IMG/VR virus record: IMGVR_UViG_3300046010_015054 | Span: 106,106-170,105 of that record | Direction: 5' to 3' (one strand) | DNA length: 64,000 bases | Source of the DNA: a virus | Part shown: positions 50,292 through 60,426 of the stretch, one piece after another | Layout of the letters: the number at the start of each line of letters is the position of its first letter | How positions within the stretch are numbered: position 1 is the stretch's first letter | Translations under genes and position numbers: made by a program | Notes under the pieces: model-generated | What the model was told of the DNA's origin: nothing | The model's input: the letters and a program-made list of their open reading frames with translations, nothing else | Database searches by the model: none

Positions 50292-53200
50292 TTATATACC
50301 AGAAGTTGTTACTATAGAATTTAAATCACTCTTAATGGTAGGGCTAGCATTTGGCGTAATCAAGTTCCCTTTACCTACTCCTGAAAGAGTTGTTCCATTG
50401 AATGTTACAAAAGTTCCATCTGTAATAGCTTTCCAAATCAGACAGCCCGCAGCTGCATAGCTTGTTGCTAAACTAGAAGCATTAGCTCCCATTTCAAGAT
50501 TTACATTTACAGCTTTAGTAAGTATAAGTACATTTGAATGAGTTGCTGAAACTCTATCAATTTCATAAACACCATTATACTCTAAAGGATAAGCATAACT
50601 ACCATCTCCATTTATAGCATCATAAGTGTCATTAACAGATGTTAAACTTCCTGAAGCAGTAGTACCTAAATTATAGTAGATAGAAACAAACCATCTTTCT
50701 CCTGCTGATAGGCTAGCTGAAATTGTGCTTGTTATAGTAGCAGGGGTAGATCCTGTAACTGCAGCAATTGCTGATTCATAACCATTATTGTCTATACCAG
50801 GTATAGCTATAAGATTAGTTAAGAATCCACCAAATAATGATAAAGTACTAAATGAACCTGTTGTAGCTGCTCCTCCAAATAAAGATGAACCACTAGGAAT
50901 ATAATAAGATGAAACCGAAGGCACACCAAATTCAGAACTTAAAACGCGAGCTGTATTTGGTATGTTAGCTGTTGTAGTGCGTTGAGTAATTTGTGGCTGT
51001 GAGTTTGGTGGTAAATTACTCTGTACTGAGAATGAAAAGAATATATCTTGAGGAGATATAGTAGCTACTGAACTTGTTGTGTCAACATTAAGAATTTGGC
51101 TAAGTTTTAAAGCACCACCAGTTGCAATTTGTGGGTAAGTTCCACCACCCCAAGCAAATTCATAAATGTTTGTGTTAAATAGATCAATTGAAGGTTGACC
51201 TAAAGTTGTAGCTCCAATGTTATCATTTTGGTAGTTTTGAACTACAAATGACTGAGTAAGTGAAGTACTATTAAGATTGTCAGTTGTATTTTTACTACCT
51301 AAATATCTTGGTTCATTCCACCATAAAGAAGTATAGTTTGAATCAGGTACAGAAACAGGAGCTGCTGAACCTGAAAGAATAGCTAAAATATTAACTGGAA
51401 TGTTTTGGCTAGTAGCGTAATCAACTTCTTGAAGTTTTGTATTTGGTCTATTTTCAATAGCATTATTGAAAGTAGCATTATAATCGTTGTTTTGGAAAGG
51501 ACCAGTAGCATCTGTTACTTTAGGACTTAATACAAGTAACTGGTTTAAGAAAGTTTGGGGATCTGAAAGTAGGTATTGTGCTGAGTTTCCAGGGGCAAAT
51601 TCAAAGAAATAGTAGTTACCACCATCTCTAGGAGAAATTGTAATTGGATAGAATGTAAATCCTCTCCAAATAATAGATTCTACATTTGCTAAAGTTAAAT
51701 TATTACTTTCACTTGCTAAATCAATACTATTAATTTTAGCATATTGAATATAAGGAGGAAATTTTTCTGGTAATCCACTTGGGGTTGGATTTTGACTCCA
51801 AAAAGCAGCTTCCCCTGCTATAGGTACTACTGAGCTAATAAATGTAGCTGAAGAGGTAGGAGTACCACCTGCTCCATCTCCACCATATAGGCTTACATTA
51901 TAAGTAGTAGGAGTTGTATCTACTTGTTTAAAAGTATTTGGTAAATTAAGTTCACCACCATTATCAGTATTAATCCAAGAACCACTAAATTCTCCATTAT
52001 AAAATTCATCTTGTGAGGAATGAATTTGGATATCTAGCCCATAAGGGTTAATTATACTTTCAGACCAGCTTTGAGTTACACCATAAACATTGGATAAACC
52101 ATTAGCTATATAGTATGGATTTGTACTTAAACCATTTAAATTATTAGTTGAACCTCCGGCACCACCAGTAACAAATACCATTTCAATAGAACCGGTATAG
52201 TCAAATAAAGATGAAGTAACTAATGGTTGTGGGTATTTACTTCTTTCAAGTAAGTTTTGTTTTACAACAACACCTGATGCAAGACTTGTTCTAGCAGGAA
52301 CAAAATCTTTAACCATGTTGAATAAAGAGTTATCAAAGAATTTAATAAGTCTTATGTAGTCTGTAAAGTTGTAATTGCCTATATATTTTTCAAAATAGCT
52401 ATTTGCTAATTTATCTAAGTCTGGGTAAGTATCTGATCTGCTAAAGCGTTGTCTTGGGTCACCAATAAATTCTCCAATGTTGAAGAATCCTAGTTGATCC
52501 ATAATATCCTCATTTATTTCATTTTGAGGAGAAAATGCTACTTCAACATAATTTACATTGTTTGTATAATTATTTTCTTCTTGACTATTTTGTTGAATTT
52601 GAATGTAGCGAGATAAAGTATCCCCTGCAGGTAAAATTTCAGTTATGTTGTGTATCTTGTTAGAAACTATATTTTTGATACCAGCAACTGGTTGATCTAT
52701 ATAAATAGTTTCTGTATTTGCTACAAAATTTGAAGTAGTTCCAATATAAAAGTTACTATTATTATTATCAAATGAGGATGTAGCAACCCAAGATCCTGTA
52801 ACTTTAGGGTGAATTGAAACTGAGCTAGTGTATAATTCTCCACCTAAAGAAGCTCTAAATGCTAGTTCTAAAGGAGCACCATCCCAAGATGCTGCTTCAA
52901 TAGAATCAGGATTCATTGTTATATTTTCAAAGCTTACAGGAGCAATTTTTTTAGTATAGTATTTTACTTCTTGTAAAGATCCTGAGAAAATACTAAGTGT
53001 TGAGAATGGAGAGCCAAAATTGTTACCTAAAGATGCTGAGATAGAAGTATCCCAAGAAGCTAAAGTTCCTACTACAGAATGAGATTGTAAAAATCCTATT
53101 TGACTGCCATCATCTCCATTATAGATGTTGTTAGCAGCATATAAAGTAAATCTACCAGAGTTATCATCTACAGTAACAGCTGTAGTCCACCAACCTCCAT

Positions 53201-55331
53201 CAAAGAAAGGTAAGTATACTCTTGCAAATGTTGTAGGGTCTCCATTAAAATCTGGGTAGAATTTTAAGAAAGCATATTCGTTGTATGGGTTAATTATAGA
53301 TCCACTATAAGAACCTGAAGCATTTACTGAACCTGAATATTCTAGGGATAAAAGTGATCCTTGATCTGTTACAAAGATAGATTGGCTTGGATAAAGTCTA
53401 GCAGATTGAACACCTGCTGTTTTAAATCTTAAAGCAACAGTTTCAGGTCTTTTGTTTGTGTTAGGAGTTGTCCAAGCATTGTTTAATTGGAATTCTGTTC
53501 CTACCCAACCACCATCTTGATAAAAATCATAGGCATAATTAAATTTTTGCTGCCATAGATCCCAATCATTTGTATTAATTTTATCTTTACCTCCAAATTC
53601 AGATACTCTTAAAATTGTATCAGGAATACCATAAATTGTAATAAGAGCTTTCAAACCATCAACTGTACCTTTTCTTTTTAAAAGAAGTGGTAAAGCGTTG
53701 TATAATCTTTTGTAAGTTCTATAGTTTACATCTTCTAGAGGAATAGGTTCTGCAGAAGAAGTAACATAGTTTGTGATAAGCTCTGAGCCGGTAGGAGGTA
53801 AATATCCTCCTTCAGGATTATATCCTAAAAGAGCAATATAAAGATCGTTAGAACTAAAGTTATTTTGGTAAAGTTTAATACCAAATGACCTTAAAGCATC
53901 TGCTACAAGATCTTTTGAAATACCAAAGTTAATTCTATTATCGTTATCGTATCTATTTTCTAAATCTTTAACATAAAGCCAGGTATTGTCAAAACTTTGA
54001 CCAACCATGTTTGTAAATAAAACATAAGGCTCGTTCAAGCTATCATCTCTAACAAACTCAGGAATAACATAAAATAAGTTATTAACGTTATTTTTATCGT
54101 ATTCTTGAGCAACTATTGATTGAGAATTAAACCAATTTATACCAACAGACGAAGTTGTAGAGTATAAAATGTATGGAGGATTTCCATTTTGTTTAGGCCA
54201 TGTTGTAGAAGAAGATTCGTAGTATAGATAATATTCGTAACCATCAAAATTGCGAATAATATCATTAATTTGATAAGCTAAAATAGCTATAGAAGATGAA
54301 ACAGGTGCTGAACCTGCTACTGATCCTGTTATATTTGTAAATAAAGATTGGGAAGTTTGGTATTCTTCTAATAATCCTAATTTATACTGAAAATTAGATA
54401 GTCTTTGGTAAGCAGAAGAAAGATAGATAAAATTATTATAGCTTGAATAATCTACATTTATTTCAATTCCTTTTTCTTCAAGTAAACTATCTAATTGATT
54501 AAATGCTCCTGATACTGAGGTTTGAGTTAAAGATGAAAAATTAATATAATCTGTTGAATTATTAATTTCAGTTTTAACATTTAAGTTAGTATTGGGGCCT
54601 GAGATTTTAATAAAATCATCAGGTAAGTCAAATACTTGACTAATAGAAATTTGGTAAGCAACAGATTCTGCTGCTTGTTCTACAACCCAACATGTAGACT
54701 TTACTTGAAATTGAGTAGGTAGAGCCTCATAAAGTTTAATGAGGATGGTTGGATTTGTAGGATCAGATAAATCTGTTGTAATATTGTTTGCAATTACTAA
54801 CTGATTTGAACCAAAGTCTAAGTAAAAATCTTTGTAAAATTCTACACTTGCTTTAATTTCTGCTTCTAATTCTCTTGCTAAAGGAATAAAAACAACATCA
54901 GGAATAGTATTTGAATCTAATCTAATTTCTGTTCTATCTGAACTGATTTCAGAAATAAAAAAATTGTTATCTATTGAAGAGCTTAAACGAGTCTTTAAAA
55001 AATTGTAAACTGTTATAAATTCACCAACACCAAACCCATATTCAGCTGCATCTACAACCGGGTCAATATTAATAGTAGAATAATACCCTTTGTTTTGAAG
55101 ATTAGGATCATCAGTTACAGTAAAATCTGTAAAAGAAATAGCGGGAGTGTCTACTGGGTAGAGTAAATCTTTTTGTAGGGAAAATACAAAGTATTCTACA
55201 TAATCATTAGATTCTCCAAATCTACCATCAATAAGAGAACTATTGATTAGGGATTCATCCTGTAGAGTATATGTTTGTAACTCTAAGGTTCTAGGATCTA
55301 CGGGTAATACTTGTATTATTTGATCAGCCAT
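50292..55331 (-). CDS. Large baseplate wedge protein (gp7/P2 gpI-like core)
   Basis: LLLKRKGTVDGLKALITIYG motif, FVPARTSL; located in the baseplate module. Confidence 0.6.
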   Translation of the reverse strand: MADQIIQVLPVDPRTLELQTYTLQDESLINSSLIDGRFGESNDYVEYFVFSLQKDLLYPVDTPAISFTDFTVTDDPNLQNKGYYSTINIDPVVDAAEYGFGVGEFITVYNFLKTRLSSSIDNNFFISEISSDRTEIRLDSNTIPDVVFIPLARELEAEIKASVEFYKDFYLDFGSNQLVIANNITTDLSDPTNPTILIKLYEALPTQFQVKSTCWVVEQAAESVAYQISISQVFDLPDDFIKISGPNTNLNVKTEINNSTDYINFSSLTQTSVSGAFNQLDSLLEEKGIEINVDYSSYNNFIYLSSAYQRLSNFQYKLGLLEEYQTSQSLFTNITGSVAGSAPVSSSIAILAYQINDIIRNFDGYEYYLYYESSSTTWPKQNGNPPYILYSTTSSVGINWFNSQSIVAQEYDKNNVNNLFYVIPEFVRDDSLNEPYVLFTNMVGQSFDNTWLYVKDLENRYDNDNRINFGISKDLVADALRSFGIKLYQNNFSSNDLYIALLGYNPEGGYLPPTGSELITNYVTSSAEPIPLEDVNYRTYKRLYNALPLLLKRKGTVDGLKALITIYGIPDTILRVSEFGGKDKINTNDWDLWQQKFNYAYDFYQDGGWVGTEFQLNNAWTTPNTNKRPETVALRFKTAGVQSARLYPSQSIFVTDQGSLLSLEYSGSVNASGSYSGSIINPYNEYAFLKFYPDFNGDPTTFARVYLPFFDGGWWTTAVTVDDNSGRFTLYAANNIYNGDDGSQIGFLQSHSVVGTLASWDTSISASLGNNFGSPFSTLSIFSGSLQEVKYYTKKIAPVSFENITMNPDSIEAASWDGAPLELAFRASLGGELYTSSVSIHPKVTGSWVATSSFDNNNSNFYIGTTSNFVANTETIYIDQPVAGIKNIVSNKIHNITEILPAGDTLSRYIQIQQNSQEENNYTNNVNYVEVAFSPQNEINEDIMDQLGFFNIGEFIGDPRQRFSRSDTYPDLDKLANSYFEKYIGNYNFTDYIRLIKFFDNSLFNMVKDFVPARTSLASGVVVKQNLLERSKYPQPLVTSSLFDYTGSIEMVFVTGGAGGSTNNLNGLSTNPYYIANGLSNVYGVTQSWSESIINPYGLDIQIHSSQDEFYNGEFSGSWINTDNGGELNLPNTFKQVDTTPTTYNVSLYGGDGAGGTPTSSATFISSVVPIAGEAAFWSQNPTPSGLPEKFPPYIQYAKINSIDLASESNNLTLANVESIIWRGFTFYPITISPRDGGNYYFFEFAPGNSAQYLLSDPQTFLNQLLVLSPKVTDATGPFQNNDYNATFNNAIENRPNTKLQEVDYATSQNIPVNILAILSGSAAPVSVPDSNYTSLWWNEPRYLGSKNTTDNLNSTSLTQSFVVQNYQNDNIGATTLGQPSIDLFNTNIYEFAWGGGTYPQIATGGALKLSQILNVDTTSSVATISPQDIFFSFSVQSNLPPNSQPQITQRTTTANIPNTARVLSSEFGVPSVSSYYIPSGSSLFGGAATTGSFSTLSLFGGFLTNLIAIPGIDNNGYESAIAAVTGSTPATITSTISASLSAGERWFVSIYYNLGTTASGSLTSVNDTYDAINGDGSYAYPLEYNGVYEIDRVSATHSNVLILTKAVNVNLEMGANASSLATSYAAAGCLIWKAITDGTFVTFNGTTLSGVGKGNLITPNASPTIKSDLNSIVTTSGI

Positions 55332-55683
55332 TTTGAGATGTAGTGGTTTGAAGATCAGTTAATTGTTGTAGTATATCTAAGTTTTCTTGTCTAAGATCTG
55401 TAATCTCGTCAATTAAAGCTTGGATTTGATCGTCTACAATATTTGATGCTCCAATATATTCTTGACTAGTTTTTATTAAATATTCGTGTGAGTTTGTAAC
55501 TCCAAATTTAGGAATATCGAAGAATAAAGCTTGATAATAAGTGAAAAATTCATCAACAGAAGGAAGAACACTACCAGTTTCAGCAGTAGTTGTAACTAAC
55601 TGCGTAAAACTAGTGTTAATGGTTCTTTCATATTGAGTTTTAGAAAAAACCTGCTTATTAAGATTTACTCTTTCTTGGCTCAT
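55324..55683 (-). CDS. Hypothetical baseplate-module protein
   Basis: Overlaps both neighbours; C-terminal coiled coil. Confidence 0.6.
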   Translation of the reverse strand: MSQERVNLNKQVFSKTQYERTINTSFTQLVTTTAETGSVLPSVDEFFTYYQALFFDIPKFGVTNSHEYLIKTSQEYIGASNIVDDQIQALIDEITDLRQENLDILQQLTDLQTTTSQNG

Positions 55684-56816
55684 CCGTTAACAACTTTAAA
55701 ATTATATTCCATATCTTGTACTATAGTTGAACCACTAATAGTATATTGAAGTAATATAGTGTAATATCTTTCAGGTTGCAAGCCGTTCATATAAAGGAAG
55801 AAATAGCTTGATTCTTGGTCTGCGCTTAATTTTGTGTAATCTGGATCAAACGGAATTACGTATTCATTTGTATCTAAATCTTTGATAGCATATAAAGATG
55901 ATCCTGATGGTAAATAGAAATTTTGTGTGTAAAGTGAAGCTGTTTGGAATACAATTTCAGGATACTTAGGTCTACAATCCACTCTAAAACGTTGTATACT
56001 GCTAGAATAGAAGGTACCAGCATTGTTGGCGATTGATGCATAGACGTTGTCTGTAGGAACTATAATCTTATTAGAACCGGATATATTCCATGTGCTATCA
56101 TCCCACTTAAATTCTAATACTGGTGGGTAGATAGTATGTGTATCTACTGAGTAGTATTGAAGTACAGGTTGTACTGCTTTTGCAGAATTAAATTCAATAG
56201 AATCTTCCCATTTTACAAGGAAACCTTGGTTAACAAAATTTGAACTACTATACCATACACTTACTATATCTTTAACACCAACATTTAAGTCTTTATCACT
56301 ATGGTAAGTAAATGTTTGAGTTACAGGTAATTGAATTCCATTTGCAGATCCAGTATACCAAACTGCACCACCAGGGTTGCTAGTTTGCCAAGAGCCTGTT
56401 GTATAAGGTTGAAGACCACCTATGCTTGTAGGCCATAAAAGACCATTTGCGTAGTTTTGCCATCTCCAAGAAACACCATCTGTAGAAATAGGCTGATCTA
56501 AATATTTTCCTGTACCCATACCCCAGGATCCTGAAGCTGGGTATATTTCTAGAGTATAATCTAGATTGATGCTTTGAGCAGTAGCTATAAATAATTGAAA
56601 ATTCGCAGTCCAATCTGCGTTACCTACTAAATCATCTAAAACTGAGGTAATTTGGTCTTGGTTGAATTTTACTAAAAGTCTAGCTACTTGAGCACTACTA
56701 CTAAGAGCAAAATTAAGGTTTGTAGCATCTAAAATCTCATCTAATCCCGTATTCATGTTAGGGAATAGGGAATAAATCGTAGCGTCTTTTTCGGGGAAAA
56801 TTTTATATACTGCCAT
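55680..56816 (-). CDS. Virion structural protein (beta-sandwich, DNRLRE-like)
   Basis: KDATIYS....NTG.DEIL, W..G.G, NQGF, YS.DTHTIYPP.L...WDD. Confidence 0.55.
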   Translation of the reverse strand: MAVYKIFPEKDATIYSLFPNMNTGLDEILDATNLNFALSSSAQVARLLVKFNQDQITSVLDDLVGNADWTANFQLFIATAQSINLDYTLEIYPASGSWGMGTGKYLDQPISTDGVSWRWQNYANGLLWPTSIGGLQPYTTGSWQTSNPGGAVWYTGSANGIQLPVTQTFTYHSDKDLNVGVKDIVSVWYSSSNFVNQGFLVKWEDSIEFNSAKAVQPVLQYYSVDTHTIYPPVLEFKWDDSTWNISGSNKIIVPTDNVYASIANNAGTFYSSSIQRFRVDCRPKYPEIVFQTASLYTQNFYLPSGSSLYAIKDLDTNEYVIPFDPDYTKLSADQESSYFFLYMNGLQPERYYTILLQYTISGSTIVQDMEYNFKVVNG

Positions 56817-56817
56817 T

Positions 56818-58677
56818 TTATAATGTTACAATTCTTCCTTTAATATCAGTTGTTGGGTATTTTACTTCAAAAATCATTGGATCTAATGAAGGATATATAA
56901 CACCATTTACAGTAGCTCCATTTATGTCGTATGCGTATTGAGAATATCCGTTAGAAGTACCTACTTTATTAGATATAATTATATCTTTAATAGATTGAAC
57001 TCCAGGAACATTACTAATTAATACATAAAGATCACTTAAAATAATAGGTTGATTTATCTGCCAGTTTCTAATAGCAAATCTCTCAATTAAAGCATTTATA
57101 CATGCTAAAATAACATCATTTGAGTTGTAATTAGGTAACACAAGTATTTCAAAATCAACTCCTATGTTGATAATAAATGCGTCTTTAATGTTTACAGAAT
57201 CTCCAATAATTCTGTATTGTGCTAAATAAGTAGATAAATTTTGTTTTAAAGCATCACTAGCTACAGTTAAAGTACCATCGTTATTACTTGTTAAAACATA
57301 CAAGTCTAAAGTAGATGGTATTTCTCCTGGGAGAATGTTTTGTAGTTTAGTTTTTTCAATAAATGCTTTAGAAATACTACCATAAATGCTAGGTAAAGAT
57401 AAAGCTCTAACTAAATAATCTTCAGGAGTTACCGCTCTTAATTGAGTAGAGAAGTTTGCAAGTGTATTTTGTCTAATTTCTTCAATACTATCTCCATCTT
57501 GACCACCTGAAGCTGCTCTTGGATTATTTACAGCAACACTATTAAAGATAATATTTGCTTGAGATGCTGCTGAGCTAGGTAGATTGTTTAAGAATTGAAC
57601 ATTTGAAGTATTTAAAACAGTTAATACTCCTGAAGGGACATTGGCTATAACTCCACCTCCTGTTAAGTATCTAACAGTTAAAGTTGTATTAGAAGGAGCC
57701 AAACCATATGTGTTATTAAACATAAAGTTTGTAGGAGAGTATGCTGTTGTTAATTTACTTTGTTCAAATGGTAAACCTAAACCTACGTTATCAGGGTTAG
57801 GAACTATAACTTCAGTAATTTCGTTTGCAGTGCCAGCACCAAATTGTAATTCAAGAGATCCAGTATTAATAAAACGAGTACTAAATCTTCTAGGAACCTT
57901 TTTTAATCTTAGTAGATAAGGTACTTGAGCATTATTAGCACTAAAGTTAGGGTCATTTTGTGGAGTGTTTTGAATAGTATCAAAAATAGCATCTTCTGCT
58001 AAAGCAGGTACTTCATACCACTCGTTACCATCACTATCAAATATATCTAAAATTCCAATAAGTTGTTCGTCATTAATAACAACTGTTGCAAATTCTTGTG
58101 GAGTGCCAAAAGAGAATGTAGTTGTATTAATTGTAGCTGAAATTCCTCTTGCTGTTTTCTTTAAAAGATAGTATGAAGGTTGAGTACCTGTGTATGTAAA
58201 TACACTAATTTCTGTTGGATTATTTGAACTTGATACTGAAAAATCTACTTTGTCTTGAACTAAAAAGCTAATATTACTATCATTATTAGCTGAGACAACT
58301 GAATTTTGCTCAACAACTAAAGTGTAAGACCAATCTGGGTTTCCTGTAACAGAATTGGCTGGGAGTTGTTGATAAAAATCTATATCACAAGTAGCTACAC
58401 CCGTAACATTAGGTTTATATCCTAACATATAAGCTAAATTAAATAAATTAGCTGGTTCTCTTGTATATTGAAGATAAGTTTCTTGGATTTGATTATCTAA
58501 ATAGAAAGAAATTACATCACCTACATAAGCTGCCATTTCCATAAACATCATTCCTGGTGATGCTTCTGTAAAGTCGTTGTAGGTGGTTGGGAAATAAGTT
58601 TTGCTGTAATTAATTAAAGCTTGTCTTATCTGCCCAAAATCTTTGTTTATATATTGTATGTTTCTATTAGTTGCCAT
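56818..58677 (-). CDS. gp6: Baseplate wedge subunit, T4 gp6-like
   Basis: DF..IR..L, YNDF.E.SPG, AY.GD..SFY.D.Q, FG.G, Y..GGG, ASGG.D.DS.EEIR, RAVT.EDY. Confidence 0.85.
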   Translation of the reverse strand: MATNRNIQYINKDFGQIRQALINYSKTYFPTTYNDFTEASPGMMFMEMAAYVGDVISFYLDNQIQETYLQYTREPANLFNLAYMLGYKPNVTGVATCDIDFYQQLPANSVTGNPDWSYTLVVEQNSVVSANNDSNISFLVQDKVDFSVSSSNNPTEISVFTYTGTQPSYYLLKKTARGISATINTTTFSFGTPQEFATVVINDEQLIGILDIFDSDGNEWYEVPALAEDAIFDTIQNTPQNDPNFSANNAQVPYLLRLKKVPRRFSTRFINTGSLELQFGAGTANEITEVIVPNPDNVGLGLPFEQSKLTTAYSPTNFMFNNTYGLAPSNTTLTVRYLTGGGVIANVPSGVLTVLNTSNVQFLNNLPSSAASQANIIFNSVAVNNPRAASGGQDGDSIEEIRQNTLANFSTQLRAVTPEDYLVRALSLPSIYGSISKAFIEKTKLQNILPGEIPSTLDLYVLTSNNDGTLTVASDALKQNLSTYLAQYRIIGDSVNIKDAFIINIGVDFEILVLPNYNSNDVILACINALIERFAIRNWQINQPIILSDLYVLISNVPGVQSIKDIIISNKVGTSNGYSQYAYDINGATVNGVIYPSLDPMIFEVKYPTTDIKGRIVTL

Positions 58678-59084
58678 TATGCAAATTCAAGATTAATAGT
58701 ATCTCTTATATCAGTATTTGAGACATTGTATGTTATAGTTACTAAAATTGTATTGTAATCCGTATTTTGACTTACTATTAGATCGTCAATTACAACATTA
58801 GGAAAATTTCTTCTAATTTCTTCAGATACCATTTCCTCAACTCCATCTAAAGTTCTACTAGTAATTTGCTCAAAAATTATTGATCTTAAATTTGAGCCAA
58901 AGTTAGGATTTAATGGTCTTTCTCCTTTATTAGTTAAGAAAAAATTAATTAAATTATATTTTGTTGCCTCTCTTGTAGTATAGTTAGAGGTAAATACAGC
59001 ATTTCCAGAAAGAGGAAGATTAACCCCTACCGCATATCTCGGTTTTAAATCAATAGGGGCTATATTTCTTGCTCCGAATGCCAT
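58677..59084 (-). CDS. gp25: Baseplate wedge subunit, T4 gp25-like
   Basis: NL....T.KGERP.NP.FGS.L...IFE. Confidence 0.85.
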   Translation of the reverse strand: MAFGARNIAPIDLKPRYAVGVNLPLSGNAVFTSNYTTREATKYNLINFFLTNKGERPLNPNFGSNLRSIIFEQITSRTLDGVEEMVSEEIRRNFPNVVIDDLIVSQNTDYNTILVTITYNVSNTDIRDTINLEFA

Positions 59085-59461
59085 TATTTATTCATTAAGG
59101 CCATAATTTGGTCTAATCCTACAGTACCCTGAGGTAAAGATGAACCTTCAGCAGTTGTGTTTATACCTTGAGGTACTTGAAAAGAATTTAGGTTAGCAGT
59201 AGTCATAGAAATTGTATCTTGTCCTCTTCGCATATCTCCAATAATACTTTCCATCATAGCTCTTTTTTCAAGTGCTGATGTAGCTGAAGGTTGTGTGATA
59301 ACGGGAGAATTTGTTACCCCCATTCCGCCTACTCCAACAGGAGTACCTTCTAGAGTTAGTTTAGGTGCACGAACTGCTTCCAAAAGGATATCTTTTAGTT
59401 CCTCTTGAATAGCTTCTTTTACTGCTTCTTTGATTATTTTTTTAAAATCGGTCGACTTCAT
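59084..59461 (-). CDS. Hypothetical protein
   Basis: MKSTDFKKIIKEAVKEAIQEE leader; ATATTTAT upstream. Confidence 0.6.
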   Translation of the reverse strand: MKSTDFKKIIKEAVKEAIQEELKDILLEAVRAPKLTLEGTPVGVGGMGVTNSPVITQPSATSALEKRAMMESIIGDMRRGQDTISMTTANLNSFQVPQGINTTAEGSSLPQGTVGLDQIMALMNK

Positions 59462-59478
59462 AATAATAAATATTAAAT

Positions 59479-60426
59479 TTAATAAGCTTTTAAATTATCT
59501 CTGTCAATTATGAATTTTAATTCATTTATTAAAGTTTGTGGATTTGTTGTAAATGAAAGTTCTGATTCAAGTACAGGGATACCAAATTGATTTAGTGCTA
59601 AAGCTCTTAACTGATTAATAGTTGGACTAAATGCTACAGTTTCAATTTGAAAAGTAAAACCTTGATATGTGTTGTCTGGGGTGGTTGTTTCAACTGGTAA
59701 ATTGGGTAATTCTGAAAGAGTTACATTAGGGTTACATAATAAAATAAGTTTATCAAATTGTTGAAGTAAATTGATAATTTGAGTAAATACATTAACAGTG
59801 ATTGTTAATGGAATATTTACAGCACTTAATGTACTTTGTGCCTTTTCAACTTTAGGTTGAAAAACTCTAATTTGCTTTTGAACTAAATCTAAAGTAGAAA
59901 CTGCAGGTCCTAAAACAGGTGCAGGTAAAAGTCCAGTTGCAGTTGAAACAATAGTTGCAGTTTCAACACCAGAAGCAACTCTAAGAGCTGTATTTAATCC
60001 GTTTGTAATTTGAGATAAAGTAGTAATTGAATTATTAAGAGTACCAAATTGTGTATTTAATCTCGTTAATACTCCAACAATATTATCTCTAGTTGCTACT
60101 AATTGAGCTAATCTAGCAGGGGTAGGACAAAATCTTTCTTTTAAAACATTAGGATCTAAACCTTCACCTTCAGCTGTATTAAATTCTGGAAGGTTAAGTT
60201 CTTGGGATAAAGATTGTAATTTAGGAAGAACTAAAGTAATAGCTTTTTGTCCTAAATCTAAAACACGTTTTCCTAAAGCTGCTTGACCTTTAAGTTTTAA
60301 ATTATTAGGTACAGCATTTTCTATTAAATTAGCGGGCAGACTTTGCGATTTAGCTAATTCATTATTAGAATTAGTTAAAGAAGCACGTCGCTGTCTTTCA
60401 TTTTCTATTTGAGAAGGAGTTGCCAT
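59479..60426 (-). CDS. Hypothetical baseplate-module helical protein
   Basis: 315-aa ORF coupled to the gp5-like gene. Confidence 0.6.
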   Translation of the reverse strand: MATPSQIENERQRRASLTNSNNELAKSQSLPANLIENAVPNNLKLKGQAALGKRVLDLGQKAITLVLPKLQSLSQELNLPEFNTAEGEGLDPNVLKERFCPTPARLAQLVATRDNIVGVLTRLNTQFGTLNNSITTLSQITNGLNTALRVASGVETATIVSTATGLLPAPVLGPAVSTLDLVQKQIRVFQPKVEKAQSTLSAVNIPLTITVNVFTQIINLLQQFDKLILLCNPNVTLSELPNLPVETTTPDNTYQGFTFQIETVAFSPTINQLRALALNQFGIPVLESELSFTTNPQTLINELKFIIDRDNLKAY

